Below, piece after piece: positions 28,670 through 32,000 of a stretch of DNA of 32,000 bases. This DNA comes from Candidatus Brocadia sp. (lineage in GTDB: Bacteria; Planctomycetota; Brocadiia; Brocadiales; Brocadiaceae). The translations under genes and the position numbers were made by a program. The notes below the pieces were generated by a model. The model saw only the letters and a list, made by a program, of their open reading frames with translations. It made no database searches and had not been told where the DNA came from. The stretch spans positions 120,001 to 152,000 of the forward strand of contig CP091279.1 in NCBI GenBank assembly GCA_021650915.1, in the 5' to 3' direction. Position 1 is the stretch's first letter; each line of letters opens with the position of its first letter.

Positions 28670-29258
28670 TTAACCCGACATTAGCAATTCGCGTCCAAAA
28701 AAGGTTATTTTTGGGCAAGAGTCGCCAGGAAACCCGTGATATTCAAGGGGTGAATTTTCAAAACGGCTTGTAGTGCCGACCTACCCTCTTGACGCATGCA
28801 GGGGGAAGTGCGAAAATGCTCGCATGCTTCTCCGGGAAAAGACACGAACGAAAGATGGAAAAACCCACCGTTATTGGAGCATGGTAGAGAACCGCCGGGT
28901 CAGCGGAAGAAGGGTGGTGCAGCGGCAGGTTCTCTCTTTGGGAGAACTCAATGACAATCAACGGGCTGGGTGGGTTCGGACGATAGAGGCGGTGTCGGGT
29001 AAAGAACCCAGGCCAAGACAACTGGCATTGTTTCCGGATGACCGGGAAGCCATGCCGATACCGGATGGTGAGACCGTTCGGGTGCGGTTGGACAAAATAG
29101 AGCTGCGCCATCCGCGGGAGTGGGGAGCAAGCTGGTTGGGATTGTATGTATAGTATTACTGTATAAAAACTTCTTTTTTCTGTGAGTTTTTTCACAAACC
29201 CCTTTCAGGAGGTACCGTTTTTTATGAGTGAAAGATTGCTTCGCTTCACTCGCAATGG

Positions 29259-29264
29259 TAATAT
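29259..29264 (+). promoter_or_regulatory. -10 box (TAATAT) of the same junction promoter
   Basis: It starts at the second nucleotide of the IS110 left end and faces the transposase gene. Confidence 0.55.
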
Positions 29265-29396
29265 GAAAAAGCAGCGTCCTTCCAAGGAGGTTAAAAAGCC
29301 TTGAATAGGCGATAACCTTTTGTGATATTAAATATCATAAAGGCTTTAGACCACCAATTAAGGTGGTAAGTCTTTAAACCTTGGAAAGGAGGCTGT

Positions 29397-30407
29397 ATGA
29401 TAAAGTATATAGGATTGGATGCACATTCGTCAACATGTACATTCAATGTGACGGATGAAAGAGGGAGGGAAGTAGACAACACTACGATTGAGAGCAATGG
29501 CCGGCTTTTGGTGAAGTATGTGAGGGGAGTGGAGGGTGTTAAGAAACTGACCTTTGAAGAGTGTGAATTAAGCAACTGGCTGTATGAGATATTGAGACCA
29601 GAAGTAGATGAGTTGATCGTATGCAATCCAGTAGCAAACGGAGACTACAAGAAGAAAAAGACGGACAAGATGGATGCCAGGAAGCTGTCGAATCTTTTGC
29701 GAGGAGGTTTTCTCGTACCGGTATATCATGATGGTTCAAAGAGGGAGAGGTTAAGGAGTTTAATGTCCGGGTATCAGGATTTCATTGAAGAGGGTGTGAG
29801 GCTAAAGAACCGATACAAATCCTTATTTCGGAAAAGTGGGAAGAAAATCAAAGGTGAAGCGTTATATAACGACGAGAGTTTCCTGGAAGGATTAGAGCGA
29901 AGAGACTTTCAATTTATTGGCACGCAGATCTATCAGCTTTTAGAGAAGATGGAAGAAGGCAGGCAGGAATATGTAAAAGAGATCGTTCGATGCAGTAAGG
30001 GATTTAAAGAGATAAAATATCTCAAGAGCATTCCCGGCATTGGGAGTATCCAGGCGGCGAAGATCGTATCACAGGTAATAGACCCGGAGAGGTTTAGCAG
30101 TAAGTACAAATATTACAGCTACTGTGGGTTGGTGAGGCATAAGAGGATAAGTGATGGGAGGGGATATGGGAGTGAAAAGATTTGGGGAAATCGGATATTA
30201 AAATGCGTATACAAGATGGCAGGACATTCGGTTTTAAAGGGTAAGAGCGGTTTAAGGAACTATTACGATACCTTGCGGTTGAAAGGCATCGGTCATGACA
30301 ATGCCTATAATGCAGTATGTCGTAAGATAGCGGCAATATCTTTAAGCGTGTGGAGGAAGAGTGAGAAATATAATGACAGACTGATCACTGGCAATCTAAT
30401 CAAGTAA
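29397..30407 (+). CDS. IS110-family DEDD transposase/recombinase
   Basis: 336 aa. N-terminal RuvC-like DEDD region (IGLDAH.., FEECE.., KTDKMDARKL). C-terminal Tnp domain with SIPGIGSIQAAKI and ISDGRGYGSEKIWGNRILK. AAGGAGG lies upstream of the ATG. Confidence 0.9.
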   Translation: MIKYIGLDAHSSTCTFNVTDERGREVDNTTIESNGRLLVKYVRGVEGVKKLTFEECELSNWLYEILRPEVDELIVCNPVANGDYKKKKTDKMDARKLSNLLRGGFLVPVYHDGSKRERLRSLMSGYQDFIEEGVRLKNRYKSLFRKSGKKIKGEALYNDESFLEGLERRDFQFIGTQIYQLLEKMEEGRQEYVKEIVRCSKGFKEIKYLKSIPGIGSIQAAKIVSQVIDPERFSSKYKYYSYCGLVRHKRISDGRGYGSEKIWGNRILKCVYKMAGHSVLKGKSGLRNYYDTLRLKGIGHDNAYNAVCRKIAAISLSVWRKSEKYNDRLITGNLIK

Positions 30408-30414
30408 AACAGGG

Positions 30415-30580
30415 CAAGAGGGCATGAAAGGCTGGTTCGCACCTGTTTTCTTGAGAGAGGGATGAGATCCACGTGTCATTGACCCAAAGAGGTCCAACGC
30501 AATGGTTGATCCGCCCTCGTTTAAATCGAAAATTACCATGCTCAGCAAAGAGCACCGATAGATGACTGAAAACCGATTGC
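30415..30580 (+). ncRNA. Candidate bridge (guide) RNA in the 3' non-coding end of the IS110-family element
   Basis: Two internal loops of the same build. Loop 1: GUGUCAUU-[GACC CAAAGA GGUC]-CAA-CGCAAUGGU. Loop 2: AUUACCAU-[GCUC AGCAAA GAGC]-ACCG-AUAGAUGAC. The strands match the target and the joined donor ends around the ATG core (see findings). Confidence 0.5.
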
Positions 30581-30742
30581 CGAAGGTATTTCAGAGAAGG
30601 TAGTAGAAAGAAAACGATAATAATCTGTTTGTCATTCATGCACTCAGGACTTTATGGCTTGATTAGCCTCAGTTAAGCGGAAGGGACGCATGGCAAGAAA
30701 ACATTTCTTTGGTTTTTTTGTCAACAGGGATAATATTTTTTC

Positions 30743-30748
30743 TTGACA
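30743..30748 (+). promoter_or_regulatory. -35 box (TTGACA) of a promoter completed only when the IS110 ends are joined
   Basis: TTGACA lies 13 nt from the right end. With the ATG core and the first G of the left end, the spacer to TAATAT (29259-29264) is 17 nt. Confidence 0.55.
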
Positions 30749-32000
30749 TGCTTTTTCATAGATGACAACGTACAATATGTCATCGGAGGCATAGTCGGTG
30801 TCATTGCGAGGGCCTTTTCCGAAGCAATCTCCCCGCTTTCATAAAGGAAATTTGGTTGCGGCTGTGCCGCGCTATGGAATATGCTGGAACTGGACACATT
30901 CTGGAGGATGCGTCTGCCGTCAAGCCGGAAGGGGACAAGCTGGTTGAATATACTGAAGGCGCTTGTCTGTTACCGGTTGATCGATCCGGGAAGCGAATTT
31001 CGTTTTCACCGTGAGTGGTACGTGCGGAGCGCAACAGGCGATCTGCTGGGAGAGGATTATTCCCTGGCGCAGAAGGACAAGGCGTATCGTTGTTTGGATT
31101 TGTTGCTTGAGCATCGGGACGAGCTGTTTGCCTATTTAAAGGAGAAGTGGGGCAAGCTCTTTGGGGCGAAGTACGATGTACTGCTGTATGATTTGACGAG
31201 TACGTATTTTGAAAGTGACCCACCTCCGACTGGATCGGGGAGTAAGAAACGGTTTGGATATAGCCGGGACAAACGTTCGGATTGCGTGCAGGTGGTAGTG
31301 GCATTGGTGTTAACGCCGGAAGGATTTCCCGTTGCCTACGAAGTGTATCCGGGCAATACCAGAGACACCGCAACGCTGGAGGAATTTCTGGATCGGATTG
31401 AAAAGCAGTATGGGAAATTCCGGCGCACCTGGCTTATGGATCGCGGTATTCCAACGGAGGAGATGTTGGAAAAGATGCGTGAGCGCGGGATTGATTATTT
31501 GGTTGGGACTCCGAAGGGGCATTTGACGCGAGTAGAAAAACCGCTACTCGAACAAACCTGGATGCGGGCGAGGGAGAGCGTCCGCGTGAAAGTTCTTCGG
31601 CAGGAATCGGAGTTTTACGTTTACGTGGAAAGCCATGACCGGGTGTCTAAGGAGCGTGCCATGCGTCGGCGCAGACTCAGACGTCTGTGGGTGGGCTTGC
31701 GCGAACTTCGCAATCGAAAAGCCCTCACGCGCGATGACCTGTTCATGCATATTGGCGCGTTAAAGAAAGAAGCCGGACGAGACTACAGACTGGTCACGAT
31801 CTCCATTCCCAAACCGCAGGAACCGGTCAATGAGAATACGTTCCGGTTCAGTTTGGATCGGGAACGCCTGAGGCAGGCGTATCGGCGCGAGGGCGTTATT
31901 TGCTTCGTTCCAACATGCAGGCCACCGCGCCAGAAACCGTCTGGGAAAATTATTTGCTGTTGACACGGATAGAACAGGCATTTAAGGACTTGAAGGGGTC

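Larger units (their letters stand above)
29258..30761 (+). mobile_element. IS110-family insertion sequence (1504 bp), with no terminal inverted repeats and an ATG core at both junctions
   Basis: Ends come from comparison with the unoccupied palindrome in copy C. Left junction CGCA-ATG|GTAATATG, right junction TCATAG|ATG-ACAACG. The 5' non-coding part is 139 nt and the 3' non-coding part is 354 nt. Confidence 0.85.
29152..30872. mobile_element. Second copy of the 215 bp palindromic element, split by the IS110-family element
   Basis: 29152-29257 and 30762-30872 match 26887-27101 apart from the hairpin loop. TAT flanks it at 29149-29151 and 30873-30875. Confidence 0.75.
28670..32000 (+). mobile_element. 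IS-A copy D, forward orientation, running off the window, carrying the 215 bp element plus an IS110-family element
   Basis: Same left end as copy C. About 98-99% identical to copy C outside the insertions. Confidence 0.85.
28773..32000 (+). pseudogene. IS-A transposase interrupted at the same site as copy C, plus a 1 nt deletion
   Basis: ORFs 28773-29153 and 30881-31963. The G4 run of copy C (GCGAGGGGCG) is G3 at about 31890-31893, which shifts the frame (..RREGVICFVPTC..). Confidence 0.85.

Noticed and set aside
30629-30635. TTGTCAT, the reverse complement of ATGACAA in the right target, as a further guide segment of the candidate bridge RNA.
   Set aside because: It is only 7 nt and is not set in the hairpin-flanked loop layout shared by the other four segments. 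A chance match is plausible.

Overview
This 32 kb window is mostly mobile DNA, about 20 kb, around a small housekeeping core. All calls rest on reading the sequence and on motif memory. No database search, RNA folding or statistics were run, and element ends are good to about 3 nt.

Housekeeping genes:
- dnaE (22722-26192, +).
- A minus-strand run of a parvulin PPIase, ccsA and a ccsB/resB-like gene (system II cytochrome c maturation).
- tRNA-Leu(UAA) and tRNA-Cys(GCA).
- A LolA-like gene, a HAD hydrolase, and a few hypothetical membrane or lipoprotein genes.

Mobile elements:
- Five copies of one ~2.0 kb IS1634/IS4-type element, here called IS-A, at 1-699, 2569-6590, 13009-15040, 26405-28637 and 28670-window end. 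Each of the four copies whose gene start is visible is broken in a different way. The partial first copy cannot be judged.
- A group II intron sits inside one IS-A transposase gene.
- An intact ISL3 element lies next to fragments of a second ISL3 copy.
- A second IS1634-type element (IS-B) is split by a nested 1.85 kb IS.
- A 151 bp MITE has perfect terminal inverted repeats and an 8 bp target duplication.
- A 215 bp element without terminal inverted repeats, carrying a palindrome, is inserted at the same site in two IS-A copies.
- An IS110-family element (29258-30761) is inserted into the palindrome of one of those 215 bp elements.

Most interesting observations:
- The 3' non-coding end of the IS110 element contains two similarly built internal loops. 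Their strands match the target (CGCA-ATG-ACA) and the joined element ends (ATAG-ATG-GTAAT). This is the layout expected of a bridge (guide) RNA.
- Joining the two IS110 ends would create a TTGACA-17 nt-TAATAT promoter.
- A cas6-like RAMP gene stub is stranded between IS elements.
- A possible c-di-GMP-I (GEMM-like) riboswitch with a terminator lies upstream of a small exported protein.
- A 38 nt hairpin loop differs between two near-identical repeats by 11 transitions and no transversions.
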